Positions 10,439-18,863 of a DNA stretch of 64,000 nucleotides are shown here, piece by piece. Location of the stretch: positions 34,532-98,531 of the forward strand of contig PMOL01000017.1 in assembly GCA_003162415.1 (NCBI GenBank), read 5' to 3'. The position numbers and the translations under genes were made by a program. Source of the DNA: Candidatus Dormiibacterota bacterium. GTDB lineage: Bacteria > Chloroflexota > Dormibacteria > Aeolococcales > Aeolococcaceae. The notes under the pieces were generated by a model, which saw only the letters and a program-made list of their open reading frames with translations, had not been told where the DNA came from and searched no databases. Position 1 is the first letter of the stretch, and every line of letters begins with the position of its first letter.

Positions 10439-10996
10439 ATGGCCAATATGCTGCTCGAACCGCCCTTCGCCGCGAACCCGCCGGTGAAGCTCAATGTCAA
10501 CGCGAAGATCCTGGGCTTAGTTATCGGCATCCTCGCTCTTATTGGAGCGGTATTTGGAGGCCTGGTCGGCGGCCTGTTCTCGCTGTTCAGTCTGGCTGCC
10601 GGCGGGTTTGGCGGCATCTGGCTAATCGGGATTCTGATCAGTCTCATCGCGGACGTGATCGGGGCAATCGGCGGTTTCCAGATGTACAGTGGGAACCGCG
10701 CAGGCAAGAACCTGGTGATCTACGCACTTGCCCTTGGCTTTCTCGGCAGCATCGTGGGCGCGATCGGAAACATCGTCGCGTACAGCGGGATCTACTCCTT
10801 GGGCGGGTATTCCGCGGGCGGCGCCATTGTGGGTCTCATTTTTGGCGTGATCGTCTATGGGATCATCTACTACATCGTCGTGATTAGTCGGTGGCCAGGT
10901 GACGTGCCGCTGGTGGCCGCAGGACCAACCGGCGGTTATGGCAATCCTCCCGGCGGCTACGGGAGTCCTCCTCCACCTCCCCCACCCAGCGCCTGA
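10439..10996 (+). CDS. small Gly-rich polytopic membrane protein with C-terminal polyproline tail
   Basis: Several G-rich TM segments and a tail GGYGNPPGGYGSPPPPPPPSA. The ORF is open from the GTG at 10373, and the ATG at 10439 follows GGGAGGA. Confidence 0.55.
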   Translation: MANMLLEPPFAANPPVKLNVNAKILGLVIGILALIGAVFGGLVGGLFSLFSLAAGGFGGIWLIGILISLIADVIGAIGGFQMYSGNRAGKNLVIYALALGFLGSIVGAIGNIVAYSGIYSLGGYSAGGAIVGLIFGVIVYGIIYYIVVISRWPGDVPLVAAGPTGGYGNPPGGYGSPPPPPPPSA

Positions 10997-11008
10997 GGAT
11001 CAGCAGAA

Positions 11009-11542
11009 ATGAACATTGCAGGCAAGAAACTGTCAAATGGCGACATCGCTGTCGGCGCCGGTCTGATCGTCGGCCTCATCGCGCTGTTCCTTCCCTGGTA
11101 CGGCTACACGTATTCGGGCGGCGGCATTTTGGGAATCTCCGGGAGCGGCTCGGTCGGTGGTCTCAACTACTGGACCGGCTGGTTCTTCTTCCTCGCAGTG
11201 CTGGTCGGTCTCGCACTGATCATCATGCGGACCTTCGCCCCAACGGTTGCCATCCCGGCATTGCCCCTCAATGACGCCGTGACCTACATGGTGGTCGGTG
11301 GCGTGATGGTTGTCATGGCGCTTCTCTGGCTGGTCCTCGGCGCCCCAGCCTCGTATTCCGAAGTTGGGTTTTCGGCCGGCGTGAGCTTCGGGCTCTTCGT
11401 CGGGTTGATCGCGGGGATCGCCGTCGTGGCTGGAGGATTCCTCAAGCGCGCGGATCCGCAACCCGCCACCAAGCCGTTCAGCGCCTATCAGTCTCAGTCG
11501 ACTCCTCCGCCCTCAGCTCCACCCCCGCCGCCACCTGCCTGA
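11009..11542 (+). CDS. small polytopic membrane protein with C-terminal polyproline tail
   Basis: LPWY-motif N-terminal TM segment, four hydrophobic segments, and a tail STPPPSAPPPPPPA. Starts 12 nt after the preceding stop. Confidence 0.6.
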   Translation: MNIAGKKLSNGDIAVGAGLIVGLIALFLPWYGYTYSGGGILGISGSGSVGGLNYWTGWFFFLAVLVGLALIIMRTFAPTVAIPALPLNDAVTYMVVGGVMVVMALLWLVLGAPASYSEVGFSAGVSFGLFVGLIAGIAVVAGGFLKRADPQPATKPFSAYQSQSTPPPSAPPPPPPA

Positions 11543-11544
11543 AC

Positions 11545-11991
11545 GTGCCTGACGCCCCGGAGGCTCCGCAGCCGCCGGCATGGGGAGGAGTCCAGCCCAA
11601 CAATCCGCCGCAATCACCCGGGCTCCCACCCCAGCCGGGGTATCCGCCGCCCCAGGGCGCTCCGTATGGGTACTACCAGCAGCAACCGTATGCCGTCGCG
11701 CAACCCGGTAACGGTCTCGGGGTCGCCGGCGGGGTCTGCGGCATCGTCGCCGTGGTGCTCTGCTGGATCCCGTTCGTCGACTATCTCAGCATCGTCCTCG
11801 GCGCCCTGGCAATCATCTTCGGTGCCCTCGGTATCCGCCACTCGAATGCCCACGGCGGTGGCGGCAAGGGCATGGCGATCACCGGGCTGGTCACCGGGAT
11901 CATTGCGCTGGTGATCTCGATCCTCTTCCTCGCGGTCATCTACACCGCGGTGACCTCGATCAACATCAGCGGGGGCGGCCTCGGGGGCTGA
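11545..11991 (+). CDS. DUF4190-like membrane protein with N-terminal Pro/Gln/Tyr-rich region
   Basis: PQPGYPPPQGAPYGYYQQQPY head followed by two long TM hairpins (GIVAVVLCWIPF.., GLVTGIIALVISILF). The GTG start lies 2 nt after the preceding stop. Confidence 0.6.
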   Translation: MPDAPEAPQPPAWGGVQPNNPPQSPGLPPQPGYPPPQGAPYGYYQQQPYAVAQPGNGLGVAGGVCGIVAVVLCWIPFVDYLSIVLGALAIIFGALGIRHSNAHGGGGKGMAITGLVTGIIALVISILFLAVIYTAVTSINISGGGLGG

Positions 11992-12024
11992 GCCCGGCGG
12001 GGCGCGGCACCGCCCCCGGCCGTG

Positions 12025-13044
12025 TCAGACGCGGAAGTCGGCCACGACCGGGTAGTGGTCGGACGCCACCGCGGCGTCAGGGTCTGGCCATGTCCTGGCT
12101 CCGACCACGTCCGCTCCGACCACGTGCGCCGCGAGGTCATCGGTGGCGAAGATGTAGTCGACTCGTGCTGAGAGCTGCCAGGTCGCGCAGGTGAGCCCTC
12201 TGGCGCGCGGATGGACGTGCCGGTAACAATCGACGTAGCCCTCCTTGAGCAGGCGCTCGACCGTCCAGCGCTCGATCAAGCGGCCGAGGAAACGGTCCAT
12301 CGCGCGCGACACAGGCAGGCCGACGGTCAGTGGCGCGACAACGCGCGGCAGTGCCGGTATACCCCCGAGGAGGCGCGGATCCACACCGGCTCGACGCCAG
12401 CGATCGGCGAGGCCGTCATCCGCGCTGTTTCCGTCGGGTGCCAGCGGAGCGAGAATGCCGTTGGATTCCACCACGAGCAGACCGGCACGGCGCAGATCGT
12501 TCATGCGCCGGAAGAACGATGTCGCGAGGATGTCGTCGCCCGGCGAGAGCGCGTTGAAGTCGCCGATGAGCAGGTGCGGCAAAGCCGGCTCGTCAGCGAT
12601 ATCGGTGAGCACCGCGCCGATTTCGCGGATGCGCCTCGCCTCCCCCTTGTTGCGATCACCAAAGCGCGCCGCGAGGTGCAGGCAGTGGACTCCGATCACC
12701 GGTATGTCGGAGCCGCCCGTCTCGAGATCGCAATGCAGGTGCGACCGCAGCATCCGGCCGTGGTGACGGCGGTTGCGCCAGGTGCGGACCGGCAGGCGCG
12801 TGAGGATCGCCGTGTGCATCGGCGAGTCGGGGTCGCTCGGCTCTCCAAGGAACATCTTCATGCCGAGGTCCTCGGCAAGGTCGCGGATGCGATCCACCTC
12901 GCGAACCTCCTGGAGCGCGACCACATCGGCGTCGATACGTCGGAGCACGTTGCGAACCAGTTCGCGCCGCTGCTCGCCTCCAAGCAGGATGTTGTAGGTG
13001 GCGACGCGAATCCTGCTTGGTGTGGTTTTTCTGGTTCGCGACAT
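12025..13044 (-). CDS. endonuclease/exonuclease/phosphatase (EEP) family protein
   Basis: IRVATYNILLGG..DADVVALQEV N-terminal motif and C-terminal SDHYPVVADF motif of the EEP fold. Confidence 0.8.
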   Translation of the reverse strand: MSRTRKTTPSRIRVATYNILLGGEQRRELVRNVLRRIDADVVALQEVREVDRIRDLAEDLGMKMFLGEPSDPDSPMHTAILTRLPVRTWRNRRHHGRMLRSHLHCDLETGGSDIPVIGVHCLHLAARFGDRNKGEARRIREIGAVLTDIADEPALPHLLIGDFNALSPGDDILATSFFRRMNDLRRAGLLVVESNGILAPLAPDGNSADDGLADRWRRAGVDPRLLGGIPALPRVVAPLTVGLPVSRAMDRFLGRLIERWTVERLLKEGYVDCYRHVHPRARGLTCATWQLSARVDYIFATDDLAAHVVGADVVGARTWPDPDAAVASDHYPVVADFRV

Positions 13045-13066
13045 CGACCGAACTTACAATGCCACG

Positions 13067-13651
13067 GTGCAGCCACAGCGCGACGCACAACTCACCGAGC
13101 TGGTCTTTCTCGACCGTGGTCCGATCGCGCTGCGTTTTTTCGCGGTGGCGGCGGTCGCGGCCGCGTGCGGCGTGGCCGGCACGTTGCTCGTGCGCCTGCA
13201 CCAGACCCTGGCCGGCCAGCTCGCCGCGCACGTGTCGCTCAATCCGCTCCAAACCGTCATCGCCACGGGGTCGACCCTGCGAACGCTCTGGCCGGGCTGG
13301 GTGGCGGCAGTCTGCTTTGCCGCTGCCGTCCTGCGGCTCCGCCACGGAGCTACCGAACCCCCGCCGGGGCGCACCTCTGTCGAACACCAGACGCTCGGCC
13401 AGCTCCGCGCCGGTCTCCGGCGCGAATACCGAATCGTTCGTTGCGCGCTGGCGGTGGTGTGCATCCTCGCTGCCATCGACGTGGCCCGAACCGTCGCAAG
13501 CGTGATGGCCGTCCAGTCGGGCGACAGCCAGGTCTCAACCACCATGCCGGCGACGGTGGTCGAGGCTCTCGGGTACGTCGCCGCCGCCCTGATGCTGGCA
13601 GTCTGGGCTCGCGCCTTCGGGTCGGAGGTTCGCCGGCTCGGCGCGCTGTGA
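13067..13651 (+). CDS. hypothetical membrane protein
   Basis: Four hydrophobic segments and high GC3. Divergent from the EEP gene. The GTG at 13067 is the first start clear of the EEP start codon. I recognise no family. Confidence 0.4.
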   Translation: MQPQRDAQLTELVFLDRGPIALRFFAVAAVAAACGVAGTLLVRLHQTLAGQLAAHVSLNPLQTVIATGSTLRTLWPGWVAAVCFAAAVLRLRHGATEPPPGRTSVEHQTLGQLRAGLRREYRIVRCALAVVCILAAIDVARTVASVMAVQSGDSQVSTTMPATVVEALGYVAAALMLAVWARAFGSEVRRLGAL

Positions 13652-13682
13652 GCAGCCCGACGGAACCGGACAGTGCTGCGAA

Positions 13683-14657
13683 TCAGATCCTGCGCTCGAC
13701 GACGTAGTCGCAGACGCGCTCCAGGGTCTCGCGCGCAGCCGACTCCGGAAAGCTCTTCAACTCGGCCGCAGCTTCACGCGCGAACTCCTGCGCGCTTCGC
13801 TCCGCGGCCGCAATCGCATCCGACCCACGAACCAGGCTGACCACGGTATCGAAGTCCTCCTCGTTGAGGTCATTCTTGGCCAGAATCCGCTGGAGGCGGG
13901 TACCGACCTCGCGGTCCTTGAGGGCCAGCATCAGGGGCAGCGTCACCGTGCCCTGACGAAGGTCGGCGCCAACCGGTTTGCCCACTTCAGCGCTGGTCGC
14001 GACGTAATCGAGGACATCATCGGCGATCTGAAATGCCATGCCGAGACTGTGACCGTACCGGCGCAGGCTCTCGACCGACGGCGCGTCCAGGCCCGCGATC
14101 AAGCCGCCACCGTAGCAACTGGTGCTCACGAGCGTCGCCGTCTTCCGGCCGATCTTGCGGTGGTAGTCGGCGAGGGACTGGCCGTACTCGTTGCGGCTGG
14201 TCATCTGCAGCAGCTCGCCCATGCAGATGGTCATGACCGCGTGGCTGATCGCCGAGTCGATCGCCGGCATCCCGATTTCCGCGAGCAGATAGGCGCCCTT
14301 GGCGAAGTAGTAGTCACCGATGATCACGGCCGGATCGGGTCCGAGAGCCTCGTGGATGGTCCTGATCCCGCGCCGCGTCGGTGCCTTGTCGATGAGGTCG
14401 TCGTGGACCAGGGTCGCGGTGTGGATGAACTCGATCCCCATCGCCAGGTTGAAGACGTTGCTTGAATCGGCATCCCCAAGCTGGGCAGCGAGGATGACCA
14501 GCGCCGGCCGGAGGCGCTTGCCACCCGCCTTGACGATATGCGACATGGCACTCGCCATCGGGCCCAGGTCGGACGCGATCTCGGCGTCGAGACGCCGCTC
14601 GAACTCCATGAGTTCCGAGGCAATCGGCTCCAGGAGTTCCTCGGCGGCGATGCTCAT
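13683..14657 (-). CDS. long-chain polyprenyl diphosphate synthase
   Basis: First and second Asp-rich motifs LVHDDLIDK and FQIADDVLD. 324 aa. Confidence 0.85.
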   Translation of the reverse strand: MSIAAEELLEPIASELMEFERRLDAEIASDLGPMASAMSHIVKAGGKRLRPALVILAAQLGDADSSNVFNLAMGIEFIHTATLVHDDLIDKAPTRRGIRTIHEALGPDPAVIIGDYYFAKGAYLLAEIGMPAIDSAISHAVMTICMGELLQMTSRNEYGQSLADYHRKIGRKTATLVSTSCYGGGLIAGLDAPSVESLRRYGHSLGMAFQIADDVLDYVATSAEVGKPVGADLRQGTVTLPLMLALKDREVGTRLQRILAKNDLNEEDFDTVVSLVRGSDAIAAAERSAQEFAREAAAELKSFPESAARETLERVCDYVVERRI

Positions 14658-15511
14658 GACCCCGCGGCCACCCGAATCGCCCGGGGCACGGGCCGGACCA
14701 GGCGGGGTTCAGTGACGGGCTCGTCGAAGATCCGGGCGGCACTCGTCCGGAACCGCCCGGGCGTCGCAGTGACCAACATCTCGGTCCGCGCCGCAAGGGT
14801 CTCGGAGTCGGGCGCGGGTGCCCCTTCGGCGCCGATCCGGTTGACCGCGACGATCCGCTTGACACGTGCGGCGGTCGTGTCCGCACTGTCCACGACGCAG
14901 ACCCGCCGGGTTCCAATGAGGCGGCGCAACGCCGGACGGAGCAGCGGGTAGTGCGTGCACCCGAGGACCAGCGTGTCCGCCCGCCAATCGAAGATACGGT
15001 TGAGCACGGGCGCCAGGGCGGCATCCGCCCTCGGTGTGTCGGCGTCCCCATCCTCGACGATCTCGACCAGGTCAGCCGCAACCTCACTGAGGACTGCGAT
15101 CCCCGGGTTGGCCTCCTTGATGGCATGGACGTACTCTCCGCTCGCCCGGGTCCCCTCGGTGCTCAGGACGGCGACCCTTCCGTTGCGCGTCGCCGCGGCC
15201 GCCGCCTGCGCTCCTGGAGCGATGACGCCGACCACCGGGATGTCGAAGCGCTCCCGTGCGATATGAAGCGCCGCCGCGGTTGCCGTGTTGCAGGCGATCA
15301 CCACGAGTTTGGTTTCCATCGCGGTGAGCATCGCGATGATGTCGAGGGCGAGGCCGCGAACCTCGGTCTGCGAACGCGGTCCGTAGGGAAAGTGCTCCAG
15401 ATCCGCGACATAGATGAGCGCTTCGGCCGGCATCTGGTGACGGATCTCGCGGAGCACGGTCAGGCCGCCGACACCGGAGTCGAACACGCCGATCGGGCGC
15501 GAGTCGCTCAT
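14654..15511 (-). CDS. murI: glutamate racemase
   Basis: IGVFDSGVGGLTVL N-terminus, and VIACNTA and LGCTHYP catalytic Cys motifs. Confidence 0.9.
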   Translation of the reverse strand: MSDSRPIGVFDSGVGGLTVLREIRHQMPAEALIYVADLEHFPYGPRSQTEVRGLALDIIAMLTAMETKLVVIACNTATAAALHIARERFDIPVVGVIAPGAQAAAAATRNGRVAVLSTEGTRASGEYVHAIKEANPGIAVLSEVAADLVEIVEDGDADTPRADAALAPVLNRIFDWRADTLVLGCTHYPLLRPALRRLIGTRRVCVVDSADTTAARVKRIVAVNRIGAEGAPAPDSETLAARTEMLVTATPGRFRTSAARIFDEPVTEPRLVRPVPRAIRVAAGS

Positions 15512-16098
15512 TCGTTTCGCAGGATAGCAGGGGCGCCGGTCACGTCAGGTCCGCCCAGGGCGAGGCCCATGAGCAGCATGTCCCGATCCCCGCCGGGCAT
15601 GCGCACCTCGCGCCGTGCCAGGCCTTCCTCCTCGAACCCGAGCGATCGATAGAGCGCGATGGCCCGCGCGTTGTCGGGAAACACGCGCAGGCTGATCTTG
15701 GCGAGGCCGACCGCGCGCCCCCAATCAATCGCCATCTCCATCAGGATCCGTCCGAGCCCAAACCCGCGCTGCGCGTTGCTGACAAGGATGGCTATTTCGC
15801 CGACGTGCGCGTAATGGCGTCCGGCCCGGCGCTGCACCATCACGTGGCCGGCGGGAATGCCGTCGACCTCGAGGGTCAGGGTGAGGCCACCCTCGAGGAC
15901 GATCGACACGAGCCGTGCACTCTGCTCGATGGTATCGGGTTGACCGGGCACTGCCGCGATCAGCTCGCCCTCCCCTGCCACCGCGTCGATGAGCCTGGCG
16001 AGGCCGGGGGCGTCTGCATCCTGCGACGGCCGGATCACATATGGCCGGCCGTTCCGGGTCACGCCCTCGCGGCGAAGCACCGGTCGGGTCATGGTCAT
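15508..16098 (-). CDS. GNAT family N-acetyltransferase
   Basis: Acetyl-CoA motif RRGFGLGRILME. The ATG at 16098 forms an ATGA overlap with the upstream stop. The longer ORF to 16224 is an Arg-rich extension. Confidence 0.75.
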   Translation of the reverse strand: MTMTRPVLRREGVTRNGRPYVIRPSQDADAPGLARLIDAVAGEGELIAAVPGQPDTIEQSARLVSIVLEGGLTLTLEVDGIPAGHVMVQRRAGRHYAHVGEIAILVSNAQRGFGLGRILMEMAIDWGRAVGLAKISLRVFPDNARAIALYRSLGFEEEGLARREVRMPGGDRDMLLMGLALGGPDVTGAPAILRNE

Positions 16099-17168
16099 AC
16101 GGCGACGGGCAGGCCGGGATCGTCGTGCATCGTGGTGGCTCGATCCGCGATCCGGCGCGCGATCCCGCTCGCGCTCATCACGGTCATGTGACCGTGCGGG
16201 TAGGTCCACAGATCCGTCTGCCATTCGGTGCTGAGACGGGTGACCGGGTCGGGTCCAACCACCAGGTCCTGCATGGCACGAACCAGGGTGATCCGATCCC
16301 CCGGCGTCCGCGGAGTGAAGTTCCGGGCGATCAGCGGCGCGAGCGTCGAGTCCAGGAAGCGGCCGGCGCTCGCTCGGTCCGGTCCCCAGGACCCGCTGTA
16401 CTCGCCGATCATCCCGAGGTGGCGAAGGGAGGGGGTTGGCGGCCGCTGCGAAAGCGTGGCTGCGGGGTCGCAGAACGGCGCGACCGCAATCACCCGGTCG
16501 AGCTCGAGCTGGGCCGCGAGCAGGGTGGCGATCAGGCCGCCAAGGCTGACTCCCACAACGGTCACGTGTGGACTGACCTCGGCACGAGCCCAGGCGATGA
16601 CTGCCGCGGCGTCCTCAACGGATTGCCGGACCACCGCGCGGATGTGCGCGGGATCGAGGCTGAAATAGCCGTCCCCGCTGCGCTGACCGGGCAGGGTGCG
16701 ACGAAGGTGCAATGGAAGGTCGAGTCTCGCCGTGTGCGCGCCCCGGAGTCGCATCTGCTTGGCCAGCCACCGGTCGTAGCTGGTCTGGGGCACCGCATAG
16801 CCGTGCAGCAGCAGAACGAACGGGGCCGGTCCAGGATCACGCCGGACATGCGCGGTCGCGATCAGGCGCCGGCTGCCCCAGTGGCCCCCCGGGCCTTCGC
16901 TGTCGCCCTCGAGCTCCAGCTCACGCCACCTGGGGCCGCCGAGGGACTCCCACTCCCGGTTCACCCGGATCGAGCGCGGATCCAGAACCCGGCTTGCATC
17001 CCAGAACGCTGCGGGCTCGACCGGGACCCGGTCGATCGTGTCGGGGCGGCTGAGGCCCACCGCGGTCAGCCGGACGTGCACCATCCGATCCAGGATCAGC
17101 GAAACCGTCCCGATCAGGCGGTCGTGCGAAGTCTCGGAACTCATGTCAAAACCCTCTGTGTCAATCAT
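16095..17168 (-). CDS. alpha/beta hydrolase fold protein
   Basis: Nucleophile elbow GVSLGG and a preceding LLLHGY oxyanion region. First gene of a four-gene overlapping chain. Confidence 0.65.
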   Translation of the reverse strand: MIDTEGFDMSSETSHDRLIGTVSLILDRMVHVRLTAVGLSRPDTIDRVPVEPAAFWDASRVLDPRSIRVNREWESLGGPRWRELELEGDSEGPGGHWGSRRLIATAHVRRDPGPAPFVLLLHGYAVPQTSYDRWLAKQMRLRGAHTARLDLPLHLRRTLPGQRSGDGYFSLDPAHIRAVVRQSVEDAAAVIAWARAEVSPHVTVVGVSLGGLIATLLAAQLELDRVIAVAPFCDPAATLSQRPPTPSLRHLGMIGEYSGSWGPDRASAGRFLDSTLAPLIARNFTPRTPGDRITLVRAMQDLVVGPDPVTRLSTEWQTDLWTYPHGHMTVMSASGIARRIADRATTMHDDPGLPVAV

Positions 17169-17217
17169 GCCCTGAAGTGGCGATTGCGTAACTCCCTGGC
17201 GTAGGACATCATCGAAC

Positions 17218-17748
17218 GTGGCTATGGCCGAATCGTCGCCCCCGCTCCGCGTGGTTGGCGCTCCAGATCGCCAGAGCGACTGGGAGTCCGTCTACCAGGA
17301 GCACGTGGCTCCCCTCTATCGATATGTCTACTCAAGAACCGGCAACACCCCGGATGCCGAGGACGTGACCTCGACCACCTTCCTCCGTGCGTTGCCGCGC
17401 CTCCGCTCCGACGTCTCCGCGGGAGAGATCGGCGCCTACCTGCGGACCACGGCACGCAGCGTGCTCGCCGATGTCTGGCGGCAGCGGCACGGGACCGTCC
17501 TCATGGAGTTCGATGAACAGCGCGACGCCGCTGCCACCGCCGAACCGGAGCGTGACGTGGACGTCAGCCCGATTCTCGACGGCCTGCCGGAGAATTATCG
17601 GAGTGTGCTCGAGTTCAGATTCCTCCGGGGGTACTCCATACGGGAAACCGCTGCTGCGATGGGCGTGAGCGTCGCCAACGCCAAGGTGCTGCAACTACGA
17701 GCGCTCCGTCGCGCCGCGGCCACCGGAGTTCGTCATGTCGAAGGCTGA
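17218..17748 (+). CDS. ECF-type RNA polymerase sigma factor
   Basis: Sigma region 2 (APLYRYVYSRTGNTPDAEDVTSTTF) and region 4 HTH (YSIRETAAAMGVSVANAKVLQLRA). GTG start. Confidence 0.85.
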   Translation: MAMAESSPPLRVVGAPDRQSDWESVYQEHVAPLYRYVYSRTGNTPDAEDVTSTTFLRALPRLRSDVSAGEIGAYLRTTARSVLADVWRQRHGTVLMEFDEQRDAAATAEPERDVDVSPILDGLPENYRSVLEFRFLRGYSIRETAAAMGVSVANAKVLQLRALRRAAATGVRHVEG

Positions 17749-18409
17749 TCGCCGCCTCACGCGTTTCGTCAACGCGCTGATCGCCAACCGGCGACCGCCC
17801 CGGTCGCCCGCCGGTGATGATTCCGCGGCGATGCAGGTTGCGACGCGCCTTCGGGCGGCGCATCCGGGTGGCTCCACGCCGTCGCCGGCATTCGTCGACA
17901 ACCTTGCCCGGCAGCTGCGCGAGGCGCCCGCCCACGATCCTGATTGGACGGAGGCGGGCATCCGGCGCCGCCGGTTCCTGGTCGGGGGGCTTGCGGCGGT
18001 GGCTGCGTCGGTGGCGGGCGGTGTCGCTCTCGACCGCGTCGCCGAGGCGCTCAACGAACCGGCCAGTGGCGGCGGAACGATCCAGCCGTACATCAGCACC
18101 TGGGTCGCGGTCGCAACCCTGGCCGAGGTGACTCCCGGGAAGATCAAGCAATTCGCCGCAGGTGGCATCCAGGGGGTGGTCTTCACCCTTGACGGCAAGA
18201 TCCGTGGCCTCAGCGCGGTGTGCACCCACCAGGGATGCACGCTGATCCCCCAGGCCGCGCAGAAGCGGCTGGTCTGCCCCTGCCACCCGATGAGCTTCAA
18301 CCTCACCGGAGCAGCCAACCCGGGCGACTATCGTCTGAATCCGCTCCCGGCGATCGAGACGCGGGTCACTCTAGACAGCGTCGAGGTGCGCGTCCCCAAC
18401 TGGACCTGA
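17735..18409 (+). CDS. membrane protein with cytoplasmic N-domain, twin-Arg/TM segment and extracytoplasmic Rieske [2Fe-2S] domain (candidate anti-sigma)
   Basis: Overlaps the sigma gene by 14 nt. RRRRFLVGGLAAVAASVAGG sits at about aa 85. Rieske boxes CTHQGC and CPCH are present. Confidence 0.8.
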   Translation: MSKADRRLTRFVNALIANRRPPRSPAGDDSAAMQVATRLRAAHPGGSTPSPAFVDNLARQLREAPAHDPDWTEAGIRRRRFLVGGLAAVAASVAGGVALDRVAEALNEPASGGGTIQPYISTWVAVATLAEVTPGKIKQFAAGGIQGVVFTLDGKIRGLSAVCTHQGCTLIPQAAQKRLVCPCHPMSFNLTGAANPGDYRLNPLPAIETRVTLDSVEVRVPNWT

Positions 18410-18550
18410 GGCTCGACCCTCGCGACCGGTGATGCGACCGGTGCGGCGAGGCAGTGATCCGGTGCTCTGAGCCGTGCGTACCAAGCGGTGACGGAGCGGT
18501 GACAAGACGGCCAACCGGATCGCCAACGACCGCCCCAGAGAGGTGTACAC

Positions 18551-18820
18551 ATGGCCAAGGTGACACGGCGGACGTTTCTGTCCACTACGGTGGGGGCAGC
18601 GGGCGGGGTCGCGGCGATGGGGCTGATCGCCGGGCCGAGCACCCTCGTGGAGGCGGCTCAGAACGTCGCCGAAGCGAGTGACGGTCCGATGTCGGGTGAG
18701 CCGATGACCGCATACGTTCGCGATGCGGCGACCGGCGAGATCTCTGTGATGGTCGGCCATCGCGAGGTCGTGACCAAGGACCCGCAGCTCATCCGGCGTC
18801 TTCAGCGCGCAGCGCGCTGA
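18551..18820 (+). CDS. 89-aa protein with twin-arginine signal peptide
   Basis: MAKVTRRTFLSTTVGAAGGVAAMGLIAG..VEAAQ is a Tat-type leader. Lies 43 nt upstream of the DUF4331 gene. Confidence 0.55.
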   Translation: MAKVTRRTFLSTTVGAAGGVAAMGLIAGPSTLVEAAQNVAEASDGPMSGEPMTAYVRDAATGEISVMVGHREVVTKDPQLIRRLQRAAR

Positions 18821-18863
18821 CGCGCCCACCACAACAGCATTCACAACCTCACGAGGGTTAACC

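Noticed and set aside
12211-13707. 498-aa plus-strand ORF
   Set aside because: Antisense to the EEP gene and out of frame with the membrane-protein ORF. Arg-rich, low-complexity translation.
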